Counted from the stretch's first letter, positions 50,791 to 63,026 are shown. The stretch is DNA of 64,000 bases from Octopus vulgaris (GCA_951406725.2 OX597816.1:168888001-168952000); one strand, 5' to 3'. The notes: generated by a model from the sequence alone, not told the origin. Translations and numbers: made by a program.

Positions 50791-51950
50791 AATAGCTAGT
50801 TGTAAAATCTCAAGAAGAAATAGAGTAGTAACTATACTAACAAGTACACTTAATTGCCACCTCAAAATGGCTGTTCCATGTTACTATTAGTTTCACCCCA
50901 AGCAGATCTGTCGACTAGTTATCGTTGCAGCAGTGCATCCTAGGAGGGAGAGTGGACCCCTAACATCCTCTAGCAGACAATGGGATTGCGAGACTGACTT
51001 AGTTTCAAGCTGGCTGGTTCATCCTCAGTCATGAGTATCTTGTGACCAAAGCGATAGCCAGGGCCTGCTCCAGCCAGCAATATATTGTAAGCAAAGTGAC
51101 CTTCGGTCACTGATTTGCAACAAGCAAAATAGCTAGTTTGTAAAATCTCGAGTAGAGATCAGAGTAGTAGTACTATACAGGTTTTTGTGCTGGTGGTGGT
51201 GGTGGTGTGTAGAGGTTTTCAGTATAAGAGATTTCTGGTATAGTTGATGGGGATGGGAATGGGTTGGCGGGTCGTGGACAATTAAAAGGCCAACTTCATT
51301 GCAAGAAATAGTAGCAAAGACAGATAGAAACATGAACGAGAGAGAGAGAGGAACTTGAAAAAACTTGAGACATCATTGCAAAATATGGAATGGCTGGACG
51401 TCTTTCTATTTCCTTTAGCAACAAGATTAAGTTTCTATATTTATACAAAACCTTTTGTCTTAGTGTTCTCTTTTTTCTGTTTTCTCTTTTTTTTTTTGTT
51501 TTAACTTGTTAGAAACAAACAAAACCTGATGATGTCTTTTTGTCTAGGAAGGAACACAAGATAATCGAGTTGAAAATTTGAAGTCTTGTATTTTTCATTT
51601 TTTATTTTGAATCTGAAGTAGTTCAATCTTTATTTTATTATATGTATTGTATTGTGCTCTTTTGGTGGATTACTATTATCATTATTGTTGTTGTTAACTG
51701 GCAGAACCATTAGTGTGTCAGACAAAATGCTTCATGACATTTTTGCTGACTCTTTTATGTTCTGGGTTCAAATACCACCAAGGTCAACTTTACCTTTCAT
51801 CCTTTCTGAGCTGATAAAATAAAGTACCAGTGAATTACTGGGGTAGGTGGGTGTAATTGATCGATCCCCTTACCCCTAAATTTTCCGGCCTTGTGCCAAA
51901 TTTGAAACATTATTTTGATTACAATGTATTTAAAAAAAAAATTTTTTTAG

Positions 51951-52043
51951 GGTCCATATGATGTTGGAAGTATGTTAATAAGCATGGAAGGTGTACTTGG
52001 AATTCTACTTTCAATGTCCAAAAGTGAAAAGAAGCTCCATCAG
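51951..52043 (+). CDS. unc-45: UNC-45 exon 10 (GPYDVGSMLISMEGVLGILLSMSKSEKKLHQ)
   Basis: tttttttag / CAG|GTCAGT; GP.D.G motif. Confidence 0.95.
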
Positions 52044-52435
52044 GTCAGTGCAAGTTATTCGATCTTATTCAGTATATAAAAGTTTCTTCTGATGATAGAT
52101 TAGTTTAATTGCTGATTTGTCAGCTCTTTCATAGGCTATCATTGTTTGCAGTTTAGATTAACCAGATTGCAAGCTGAGTTAACTAATACATTAACTAAGC
52201 ATTACAATAAGTACAACCCACCATTGCAAGAGGCAGGAACACTTTTCCTATGAATACTGTTTTGTAGGAATTGGCTCCATCAATCTGATTGGCTCGAGCT
52301 ATACTAGAAAAATATCAAATTTTCCAGTAGCATCTTCATAATTTACTTTTTACTTTTATATGATTTGGATTAAAAACTTGTTTAAATGGAAATGATTTCA
52401 CAGAACCAATCTCAATTCTTCACTATTGATGTGAT

Positions 52436-52637
52436 TACTCTTTTACTCGTTTCAGTCATTTGACTGTGGCCATGCTGGAGCACCGCCTTTAGTCGAGCAA
52501 ATCGACCCCGGGACTTATTCTTTGTAAGCCCAGTACTTATTCTATCGGTCTCCTTTTGCTGAACCGCTAAGTGACGGGGACGTAAACACACCAGCATCGG
52601 TTGACAAGCAATGCTAGGGGGACAAACACACACACAT

Positions 52638-52698
<61 letters not shown>

Positions 52699-52856
52699 TA
52701 CGACAGGCTTCTTTCAGTTTCCGTCTACCAAATCCACTCACAAGGCATTGGTCGGCCCGGGGCTATAGCAGAAGACACTTGCCCAAGATGCCACGCAGTG
52801 GGACTGAACCCGGAACCATGTGGTTGGTTAGCAAGCTACTTGCCACTCCTGCGCCT
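52436..52856 (-). mobile_element. SINE family A
   Basis: Shares diagnostic variants and 3' flank with the 47769-48193 copy. Confidence 0.9.
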
Positions 52857-53044
52857 GGGAAGGATTGTGTTATGAAAATAACTGTGATGGAATACATGAG
52901 GCAAACATTGGGATAACTTTTATAAGATTAAAGATCTCAACAAAACAGTGATGTTCTTATACTTATTGTACATCTAACGGATACTTCGCATTACATTCCT
53001 TTCCATGTTAATATATAACTATTAATCTGAGAACTCTTTTGCAG

Positions 53045-53179
53045 ATGGTAGCTGTTGAGGCTTTAGTTTGTTCAGCATCAAAAAAAGATAAATGTGTTGG
53101 AATTTTGAAAGATGCTATTCCTGTCTTAGATTCTTTGTATGACTCTTCAGATCCTGAAATCCGAGTGCGTGCGCTTGTG
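53045..53179 (+). CDS. unc-45: UNC-45 exon 11 (MVAVEALVCSASKKDKC...EIRVRALV)
   Basis: ctttgcag / GTG|GTAAGT; VAVEAL and IRVRALV|GLCK motifs. Confidence 0.96.
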
Positions 53180-53258
53180 GTAAGTTTATTTGCATAGAAA
53201 AATGTTCAATTTTAATTTCAAATTTTTTTTTTTGCACTTCAAAATGTTACCTCTTTAA

Positions 53259-53479
53259 CCCTTTAGCATTTAAACCGGCCATATCTGGCCAAAAGTATTC
53301 TGACTGTTTTGTGGTCAAACTGGCCAGATTTGGTCTCTCACACGAACCCTACAATATCATTTTAGAAATTAACAGCCACCTCATCAAAATCTCATAGCTA
53401 CAAGATAATGCATGATTAGTTCAAAACAATTTGGATAAAAAAGCATTAATTTTGGCAGAATAATGTGAACACTAAAGGG
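53259..53479. mobile_element. TTAA MITE family P1
   Basis: TTAA flanks and CCCTTTAG TIRs; near-identical to 44982-45192. Confidence 0.9.
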
Positions 53480-54008
53480 TTAAGTAACTATTTTAATGGC
53501 ATGAATGGTGCCAAAAACTACGTATGTATGAAATTTTTACCTGTGATGAAGATATGACTATTAAATGTTGCTTTGAATTTGGTGCTGCAACCTCCTAAAA
53601 CCTCCTAATTTTAACTTGTAGGTAATGACAAATGAATATTCAATAGTTGAGCACTTAAGAGAAAAGAACTTGCTACTTGTATTTATCGTGATAGGTTTAC
53701 TTAAGGAGCAGACATATGCAACTCAGATAATGCTAGAATATATGGTGAATATAAATTATGAATTTAGAGAAAAGAAATAATGTAGGGTACATTAGTCAAG
53801 TTGTATTATTATGAAAACTTGATATAAGAATTGTACATGACACGAATGCTTGAAATCAATGGCTTCAACCAACCATTGGACAGTGTCAATGAATGTAAGA
53901 ATTCAACTAATCGATTCAATTCATGACATTTGCATGAGATAATTATTGATTGATTTGTCCATTGAAATTTATTTTTCTATTCATATTGATGATGTGCTTT
54001 AATTTAAG

Positions 54009-54103
54009 GGCTTGTGTAAAATGGCTTCCTTCAAAGGAACAGACTACAGTATCAAAACCCTTGAAGATGGTGAGAATATTATTTTAGCTGAAGATTGTCT
54101 GAA
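54009..54103 (+). CDS. unc-45: UNC-45 exon 12 (GLCKMASFKGTDYSIKTLEDGENIILAEDCLK)
   Basis: tttaag / AA|GTAAGT; GLCK...GTD motif; phase 0 to 2. Confidence 0.95.
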
Positions 54104-54214
54104 GTAAGTATTGATACATAATGTTAGTTTTCTTTTTTTGTTATTAATATTGGTAAAATTTACTTTTGACATAAATTGTTACAATGTAAATACGCTGGTC
54201 ATATTTTTCATTAG

Positions 54215-54353
54215 ATTCCTAACCAATCCTGATGACAAAGAATTGTGGAAATGGGCAACAGAAGGCTTGGCTTACTTATCTTTGGATGCTGATATCAAGG
54301 AACTCATCATGCTAAATGTTCCTGCCCTTCATTCCTTGATTGAAGTTGCAAAG
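54215..54353 (+). CDS. unc-45: UNC-45 exon 13 (FLTNPDDKELWKWATEGLAYLSLDADIKE...)
   Basis: ttcattag / AAG|GTAAAA; UCS-domain WA.EGLAYL.LDAD.KE signature. Confidence 0.97.
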
Positions 54354-54621
54354 GTAAAATGTTTTATAAAATTGTTAGATATGGAAATAAGCGAAAAGAA
54401 AAAACTTTTAAATTAATATTGTCTGAACATAACGAGTACTCACTTTTAGAAGTAATATCTTAAAAGTCTTTCATATAACCATCATGTATGTCTTCATTCT
54501 TTGTTCTGAAATATTCTCTATTCAGTCTTAGATTAGACTTCAAACTGAAATTGTACAAAATTTTTATTATATTTTATCTTTCAAAAGATCAATTGTCTGT
54601 AATTGTCTTGTTTCTTCATAG

Positions 54622-54765
54622 CATGCTAATGATAAGATCACAACTTATGCTGCAATTACTGTATTTGTGAATCTGACCAATTCTTATGATAAACAAGATG
54701 TACCAGAAGAGATTAAAGAATTAGCAAAATTTGCCAAGCATCATGTACCTGAAGACCATCCAAAG
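54622..54765 (+). CDS. unc-45: UNC-45 exon 14 (...VNLTNSYDKQDVPEEIKELAKFAKHHVPEDHPK)
   Basis: cttcatag / AAG|GTAACT; UCS loop LAKFAKHHVPE.HPK signature. Confidence 0.97.
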
Positions 54766-54807
54766 GTAACTGGAACCTTTTCTTATTTCTATTTTTTTTT
54801 TTTTTTT

Positions 54808-55190
54808 CAATTCAATTCAATTTTTATTGGCTCAAAAAGCAAAAGCAAGGCCAGGTAGAGGGACAGGGAGTTATGTACATGGAGGGTGTTCATACAAAGA
54901 GTTCAGGCCATTTCTGGTCAAGAGAGACTTTGAACCGAGCGGTCGTTGGCATCTTCGCTATCTCGTCCGGCAGCTTATTCCACGGATCCACAACTCGGAC
55001 GGAGAAAGCCCCTCTCCTTCGATTGAGTTGAAATCGTCGTAGATAGAGCTTTTCAGAGTGACCCCGCAGCCCACGCTCTGGAGCAGGAGTGAAGAACAGC
55101 TCTTTCGAGCGGTTACACTTTCTGCTTATGATGTTGTGTGTGAGAATTAGATCACCATGGCGTCGTCGTTTTTAAGCACTGTACAAATCA
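54808..55190 (-). mobile_element. CR1-type LINE 3' end
   Basis: RRRHGDLI...LRGHSEKL...FSVRVVDPWNKLP...FKVSLD; (TTGAA)n/A tail. Confidence 0.85.
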
Positions 55191-55675
55191 ATGCTATTGG
55201 GCCATACCAATTATCAAATTATTTAATCCTCTCATTGTGTCAATCAGAAATAGGAACGACATATTTTAAGTACTGAATCTTAGAATGTCTGTCAAATAGT
55301 TCTTAGATTAACTTCTTCCATGCCTCAGAGCTTCTCACAGCTGACTAGATCTCACTCAACAATTCTTGTAGCTATGACTGAATAGTTTTGAATCGTTATT
55401 TGGTGTGCTACTTTAAGCTTCTATTACTTTAATATTGAAATAAATATTCTTTGATGATCTGAATATCGAGCAATTATCTTTAAGAATTCAAACCTAAGGT
55501 ATTTGTACCTATAATTAATCTAAAATTATTAAAACCGAGAAAACTGTAGTCATATTGAATGTTTATTGTTGGTATGCTTAAGTATTGAATTCTCTGCAGG
55601 TTGTACATAGTATATTGTGATAAAAGAAGGCAGTGCAAGGGAAATAACTATGTTTAAAAACAAGTAGCTTTTACA

Positions 55676-56673
55676 GGATCTTTTCGGTTTGAATGGCAGT
55701 TTTTTCTAACGGTGTCATATGAAATTGTTTGAACGGCAGTTTTTTCTAACGGTGTCATATGAAATTGTTTGAACGGCAGTTTTTTCTAACGGTGTCATAT
55801 GAAATTGTTTGAACGGCAGTTTTTTCTAACGGTGTCATATGAAATTGTTTGAACGGCAGTTTTTTCTAACGGTGTCATATGAAATTGTTTGAACGGCAGT
55901 TTTTTCTAACGGTGTCATATGAAATTGTTTGAACGGCAGTTTTTTCTCACGGTGTCATATGAAATTGTTTGAATGGCAGTTTTTTCTAACGGTGTCATAT
56001 GAAATTGTTTGAACGGCAGTTTTTTCTAACGGTGTTGAAATTGTTTGAATGGCAGTTTTTTCTAACGGTGTCATATGAAATTGTTTGAATGGCAGTTTTT
56101 TCTAACGGTGTCATATGAAATTGTTTGAACGGCAGTTTTTTCTAACGGTGTCATATGAAATTGTTTGAACGGCAGTTTTTTCTAACGGTGTCATATGAAA
56201 TTGTTTGAACGGCTAACGGTGTCATATGAAATTGTTTGAACGGCAGTTTTTTCTAACGGTGTCATATGAAATTGTTTGAACGGCAGTTTTTAATATAATT
56301 TCTAGGTAACTAAAAAATTTTAAACTTCGTATACTGGTAGAATGTGTTTATAAAACATCTTTTTCTCTTGGCTTTATTGAGAAAATTCTATAGTTTGTAA
56401 GATATTTGTTGTTTTTTTACTTCGATTTCTGCAATTTCAACCAATCACTGACGTCCATTGAGGTAAACAACATTCTGTGCCATATGAATATGTCCCTCGT
56501 TTAAGAAGCAGATTGGGTTTATTTACATTTGTGAAGAAAAAAGATACCCTTCACCCCTAACCCTAACTAACCCTAACCCTAAAATAGATTGAAATGCAAT
56601 AGATCGATACTAGGGTCATAATTACGGGTGACAATTTCATATGACACCGCTAGAAAAAACTGTCGTTCAAACC
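55676..56673. mobile_element. MITE M1 derivative with a terminal tandem array
   Basis: Starts ggatcttttcggtttg; the M1 body follows the array; distal TIR truncated at ...ttcaaaccg. Confidence 0.88.
55687..56273. repeat. Minisatellite: 15 units of 40 bp GTTTGAACGGCAGTTTTTTCTAACGGTGTCATATGAAATT
   Basis: Counted by eye: 13 full units, one of 36 bp and one of 31 bp; no spacers. Confidence 0.95.
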
Positions 56674-57385
56674 GATTATTCGTATTTGTTAACATCAAAG
56701 GATTCCACAAAAGCAACAGGCATTTGATAGGATTCTACTCTAGTCTGTTAATTGATACTGTCTGGTGTTAAGGTTTTACTTTCTAGTGCTCTGGTTCTGA
56801 TTGTGTTTGAACATATTCCTTGTGCAAAAAGAATCCCTTATAAATGATCATTATTTTCTTTAGGTATCATAATTTAAAATTGCTATCATGAGCTAATACC
56901 CTTAAGTTCTGTAGAAATAATGTAATAGACTCTTGTATCTGTTTTAAAGCATTATCAAAAGTTGAATATTATAGTAAAATGTTTAATGCATTAGCCCCAA
57001 TAAATAGAAACAAAAGCTCTAGATTGTTAAAATTAAGATCAAGATTGATAGTTGTTTTAAAATACAAGAAACCTCTTATTCATAACTTAGAAATATTACC
57101 ACATTGTGGAGTTGTTGATACATCAGATTTGTTTGGTCTACCTGTCTTATCCATTTTGATTGAAAACCTTATCATAAGAATAATAGCATTTATCATGATG
57201 TAGCTAATCTATATTTTTACACTGTTTACATAATTCAGTGTTGCTCACATTTTATAAATGATATTCTAAATTTGAAAGCAAAAAGAAATATTTAAGCATT
57301 CGTTGATAACTATAATCAATGATTATAGTTAAAAAATTTATAATTATAAAATTTATGATTATTTTATATAAATTTTTGATTATAG

Positions 57386-57501
57386 GACAGCTTAGAATAT
57401 TCAAAAGCACGAACCAGAAAACTTGCTGAAGAAGGTATGGTGTCAGCTTTAGTTGAATTGTCAAAGACTGAAAGTGAAAATAGCCGGGAGCAAATCTGTA
57501 G
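57386..57501 (+). CDS. unc-45: UNC-45 exon 15 (DSLEYSKARTRKLAEEGMVSALVELSKTESENSREQICR); gene continues beyond the window
   Basis: attatag / AG|GTAATC; G.VSALV.L..T.S..SRE.I.R motif. No further exon recognised before 64000. Confidence 0.95.
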
Positions 57502-58049
57502 GTAATCAGTGACTTCTTCAGAATATTTCTATTTAACTTTTTTATATTTTGTTTTTAATCAGTTTTTATAATACACACACACACACACACACGCATACAC
57601 GTGCACATTCATTTAGTCCTTCCTGTGAAGGTTGGTTGCACAGAACCTTTAAACGCATACATGCAATGCACTCTACATGCAATACACTCTACATGCTTCT
57701 AAAATAATATGTAATTATGCACTATTATGTGTATATATTTATAAAACAGTGAATTAGTGGAAATCTTGGTATTTTGTGAAACGTGTTTCAAGTCTTTATG
57801 TAGTATTTATTGTATGTGATTATATTTCCATATACTTTACATTGAATTTTTCTGGTTTCTATGGAATATCTGAAACTGATTTGTGATTTAATTTTGTGAC
57901 TTAAGAAAATAGTATATGTATATATGTTTTAGAACAGAAATGTATTTATTCAGTTAGGACTCAAAGGTAGGCGACAGTTCTTTTGTAACTTAGTGCTTCG
58001 ATGAAGCTCTAAGGTGTCTGCTTGATCTAACATGTGGAGTTGACCATGT

Positions 58050-59950
58050 GAGAAATATGAATTTCTCAGATCAACACCATAATAATAATTTGATGGTCAT
58101 GGAAAGAAATAGCTTTGCTGCAAACTGAAGGTGTTTGAATTGAAATAACATATGTGATGAAATAGGGGAATGTATGGAATAAAAGCATCTTCTTTGACAC
58201 AAACTCTTAAATGCAACTCCAAACACATGATGCTTGGAGTCCTACTCTCAACCTAACAGCAAGTGTACCATTTGGGTTAGCTTTCAGATTTTTGCCTAAA
58301 ATCACCAGGCAACAAAAGTGTGACTCCACCCATAATGCTATTGTTATTTGTGTAAAATTGTGGCTTCATCTCATCCTTTCATCTTGGCTTACTGACAGTA
58401 GAGCAATGTCTCTCTGGTTGCCACACTTTATTTTGACTTTATTTCCTTTATAGAGAAGAAGGATAATTGCATCCTTCCAGTCTCTGGGAACAACACCATA
58501 AGCTTGTGAAGATTTTATGTGATACAACCGCTACCAAAGTGCAAAACTTCAGTGACAATTCTGTCTTTACCAGGTGCTTTACTAAGCTGCAACTTACTTA
58601 TTGCCATTACTACCTCATCTATTAAGGATGGAGAGTCCTAGAAGCTGACGACAAGTCTTTGTTGAACAGTGTCAATTACTGCTTCATCTACGTCAGACTC
58701 TTAGTATAGAAGTTCAGAAAAATGTTCATTTTGGTGACCTGTGCTTTATGTTGATTTAATAAGTAGGGTAAAGCCCTTGGAAAGCAAAGGAGTTGATGCA
58801 GAACTCTTAGGCCCATAAACATGCTTTATAAAATGGTGACAGCTTGAATATCATGAACAAGACCTTCCTAACATCCTGAGAGATTGCTGCAGTAGGGATT
58901 TTGTACTCTTGTAATGGGTAAGTGTTAGATTCGGTTGCACAACTCGTTTCTCGTTCTCGTTTCTCGTTCTCGTTTCTCGTTTACTTGTTTCAGTCATTTG
59001 ACTGCGGCCATGCTGGAGCATCACCTTTAATCGAGCAACTCGACCCCGAGACTTATTCTTTGTAAGCCCAGTACTTATTCTATTGATCCCTTTTTGCTGA
59101 ACCGCTAAGTGACGGGGACATAAACACACCAGCATCGGTTGTCAAGCAATGCTAGGAGGACAAACGCAGACACACATATATATATATATATATATACGAT
59201 GGGCTTCTTTCCGTTTCTGTCTACCAAATCCACTCACAAGGCATTGGTCGGCCCGAGGCTATAGCAGAAGACACTTGCCCAAGATGCCACGCAGTGGGAC
59301 TGAACCCGGAACCATGTGGTTGGTTAGCAAGCTACTTACCACACAGCCACTCCTGATAACCTTCTGTGTAGTTATACACCATGAGCTTTACACTTTGCAG
59401 TTAGGAGTTTCGGAAACTCAGCATCATTTTCATCAAACCAGTCCCTATAACTGGCTGTAACATATCCCAGTATTTCAGTATTTGCATTGAAAAACCTGGT
59501 CTCAAAATTCCTCTCAAGCTGTGATATTTTCAATATTGGATTGATGTCTCTGAAGCTTTTATGTTGATTTAATAAGTAGGGTAAAGCCCTTGGAAAGCAA
59601 AGGAGTTGATGTAGAACTCTTAGGCCCATAAACATGCTTTATAAAATGGTGACAGCTTGAATATCATGAGCAAGACCTTCCTAACATCCTGAGAGATTGC
59701 TGCAGTAGGGATTTTGTACTCTGAAGAATCCAATCTGGCTCTCTTTTTTCTTTCCCTCCAATTACCATTTGGGACTTTGTTTGCACTAAGCAGTGGTCTA
59801 TCCAACAATCTGATCCATGAAAGACTTTGACATTACAGATATCATAGACAACATGTTTGTGAATAATAACATTACCCAGTAGGTGCCAAACCTTAGACCT
59901 TGGGTGCATCCATTTTGTTGTGTGATCATTTTGTGTATAAAGTGAGTGCA
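58050..59950 (-). mobile_element. Degenerate RTE (BovB-like) LINE, endonuclease and RT remnants, with a SINE A at about 58980-59355
   Basis: WMHPRSKVWHLL, DCWIDHCLV, DWFDENDAE and GVVPRDWKDAII.LYK motifs. Confidence 0.8.
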
Positions 59951-60320
59951 ATCATCATCATCATCATATTCATTTAGCATCCGCTTTCCATGCTAGCATG
60001 GGTTGGACAGTTCAACTGGGGTCTGGGAAGCCAGAAGGCTGCACCAGGCCCAGTCTGATCTGGCAATGTTTCTACGGCTGGATGCCCTTCCTAACACCAA
60101 CCACTCCGTGAGTGTAGTGGGTGCTTTTTATGTGCTAGATGGGGCTGGCAAACGGCCACGGTTGGATGGTGCTTTTTATGTGCCACTGGCACGGGGGCCA
60201 GGCAAGGCTGGCAAACGGCCACGGTCGGATGGTGCTTTTTATGTGCCACTGGCACAGGGGCGAAGCGAGGCTGGCAAATGGCCATGGTCGGATGGTGCTT
60301 TTTACGTGCCACCGGCACAG
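59951..60320 (-). mobile_element. RTE family R 3'-UTR copy with about 3 tandem units
   Basis: (CAT)n tail and repeated ggtgctttttatgtgccactggcac units. Confidence 0.85.
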
Positions 60321-60876
60321 AACCATATTCATCGCGGAGCTTCATAAGTGCAAGTCCGTTGCTGTTCATCTTCCCTATACAGAAATGCCCAAGAGAGTTT
60401 CATGTTTACCAATCCATTCCAATTTTAGCATTAAAATCCTCCAGCAGAATGATTTTGCCTGATTTGGGGCTTTTCCTGAGTACGGCTCTCTGCTGGGCAT
60501 TCAAAGTAGTTTTATCTTCATCAAGACTGGTCAGAATAGGGACATAGGCATTTACCAAAGTAGCAAATTGCCTATCTCTCAAGTGCAGACACTGAGCCGT
60601 TAAATGATTATTTAGAAGATTGAAAACTCCTCCAACTTCTTGAGGATTTTTAGATTGAACTGCAAAACCAATGTCAGCCTCTCTGCACTCCTCCGTTGAT
60701 TTCCTTTTCCAGGAAAAGGTGTAACCGCCTCCAACTTCCTCAAGCTAACCATCACCATCGAAACAAGTCTCTGAAAGAGCAGATATATCTATGTTATATC
60801 AATTCAGTTCTCAAACAACTCCACCAAGATTTATATTGGAGCTACTGTTAATTTTAAACAAAGATACGCAGCAGAT

Positions 60877-61288
60877 AGGTGCAGGAGTGGCTGTGTGGTA
60901 AGTAGCTTGTTTACCAACCACATGGTTCCGGGTTCAGTCCCACTGCGTGGCATCTTGGGCAAGTGTCTTCTACTATAGCCTCGGGCTGACCAAAGCCTTG
61001 TGAGTGAATTTGGTAGACGGAAACTGAAAGAAGCCTGTTGTATATATGTATATATATATATATATGCATGTGTGTGTTTGTGTGTCTGTGTTTGTCCCCC
61101 TAGCATTGCTTAACAACTGATGCTGGTGTGTTTATGTCCCTGTTACTTAGTGGTTCGGCAAAAGAGATCGATAGAATAAGTATTGCACTTACAAAAGGAA
61201 TAAGTCCCGGGGTCGAGTTGCTTGATTAAAGGCGGTGCTCCAGCATGGCCGCAGTCAAATGACTGAAACAAGTAAAAGAGAAAGAGAG
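60877..61288 (+). mobile_element. SINE family A
   Basis: Full-length copy. Confidence 0.9.
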
Positions 61289-62399
61289 CACATTTAAGCT
61301 TGTTTAGACACAAAAAAACATAGTAATTTGACTTCTCGGGCTGAACACATACACTACTTTAGGAAAAAAAAAAACCTACCACATGATATAACCTGGTCCA
61401 TCATTGACTCTGGTCTTCCATACAAGGGCTAAAATACTTTTAGTTATGTTTGAAGGAATCTATACATATTCTGTCCATTAACTCTGCACAACTGTTAAAT
61501 AAGCATCATGAGGCGTTCTCCCATTGTCTTCGCAAATTCTTAAAAACTTTCAAATTTTTTCACAAATCGAGATGCAATAGGATAACTACCCCTATATAGC
61601 CACCTACCAATTTATTTTCTCTGATGTAGACTTCAGATATGGCATGGCTCACTTAATTAATTGGTTTATTAACCTATCATCATATTTGTCTATTCTACTT
61701 TATTTATATATTTATTCATAGATCCTTTCTCTACCCTTCATTAATTTGTACTTTTACACCTCACCTGGCTTATAGCTTGTGTAATATCTACTCAGTTGTA
61801 GCACAATTATTAAATAGTTAACTTCAAGCATTTCTTGGTTTATAATTTACTTAACACCTATTGTAATAAAACACTAGTTAAACTAAATTTATATACTTGT
61901 CTTACTAAATTTCTTTACTCAACATTTTTATTTATTTTATCGTTTATTATTATTACTTTATTCATTTCATCCTTATGTTATGATTCACTCAACTCTAACC
62001 TGATGAAAAGTTATATGTTATTTATTCCCAATAAACTTACACATTTAGTAATAATAATATCACAGTCTTCTACAGCTATTGCTTCTGTAACCAGTTGAAG
62101 TTTAACTCTTCCCCCACTGTCCTCCATATCAAATTTATTGTACTGATGTGTTGTAGTTTTTAAAATCCATTTATCTTATTTTATCCTATGTACAACACTC
62201 TAACATTATCCCTTCACGCCCACTCTTCAGGTCATCCAGTAAACCTAGCCCACACGCGTGCCAACTATACACTTTGGTCCTTGAATTGCATCGTCTGGCC
62301 TTCATCACTCTTTATCAATGGAGTTGCCTGCTTACTTTTTTCCTTTGTTTTATGACTGTGTGAGTGTGTGTGTGTGTGTGTGTGTGTTGAGGGGTGACA

Positions 62400-62625
62400 A
62401 CACTAAGCAATGATATGTATAAATACAAACTTGTTGCCAGTTCAAATATGCTTGAGGCATATTGCTTGTTCCTCGTCTCCCAAACAATATTCTCGTTCTT
62501 ATCCCAATATAGACTTTTGGTTCTTTATTGTTTGTTTCTGCTTTAAGACTATACACTATCAATTTTGCCAGCAAGCAATCACCACCTAGTGGACAATTCT
62601 CTTGAATACTGCTGTTGGTCAGATG
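62400..62625 (-). mobile_element. Penelope GIY-YIG endonuclease relic
   Basis: NCPLGGDCL...IVYSLKAETNNKEPKVYIG matches the PLE CPL.G.C...VY...YIG pattern. Confidence 0.7.
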
Positions 62626-62805
62626 TTTGTCTGTTTCATTCTCTCTCTCACTTATATGCATGCACATGTGCAGAGAGAAAGAGAGAGAGAGAGAGAGTAC
62701 ATACTATGAGTACACTGGAAATAGACTCTCTTGAATGCCTGGATGGTACACTTGAAGTAGTTGACAGCTTTTGTTGTAATTAGCAAGTTAGGTAGTTTCT
62801 CTTAA

Positions 62806-63026
62806 CCCTTTTGTTACCAACCTGGCTGAAACCGGCTCTGGTTCTGTAGTACAAATGTCTTCTTTTCATAAGTTTTGAATTAAGATATTCCACCAAGCCT
62901 TAGTCACAATTTATGTTCCTAACACTAGCTGAATGATAACTAAGTTATTTTACTAAATTCTTTGTTATATTTAAAATAATTGAAAGAAACACAGAGCATC
63001 TCAAAATAAATACGGTAACGAAAGGG
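62806..63026. mobile_element. TTAA MITE family P2 (uninterrupted, opposite orientation)
   Basis: TTAA|CCCTTTTGTTAC...GTAACGAAAGGG|TTAA. Confidence 0.9.

Noticed and set aside
55687-56273. CRISPR-like array of about 40-bp repeats
   Set aside because: The units are contiguous with no unique spacers, there are no cas genes, the context is a eukaryotic intron, and the unit derives from the MITE terminus.
1693-61106. Recurrent small ORFs (MSSNARGTN..., MLGGQTQTH..., ...QMTETSKR, MLAWVGR...) as a gene family
   Set aside because: These are chance frames within SINE A and RTE 3'-UTR copies; frames and stops vary between copies.
60350-61640. Further unc-45 exon or LINE coding sequence
   Set aside because: No phase-2 exon continuing the UCS domain was found; only faint, unresolvable minus-strand LINE-like remnants.
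61995-62045. CTGATGA as another hammerhead (also at about 34913 and 51528)
   Set aside because: No GAAA, stem III or NUH arrangement in register.
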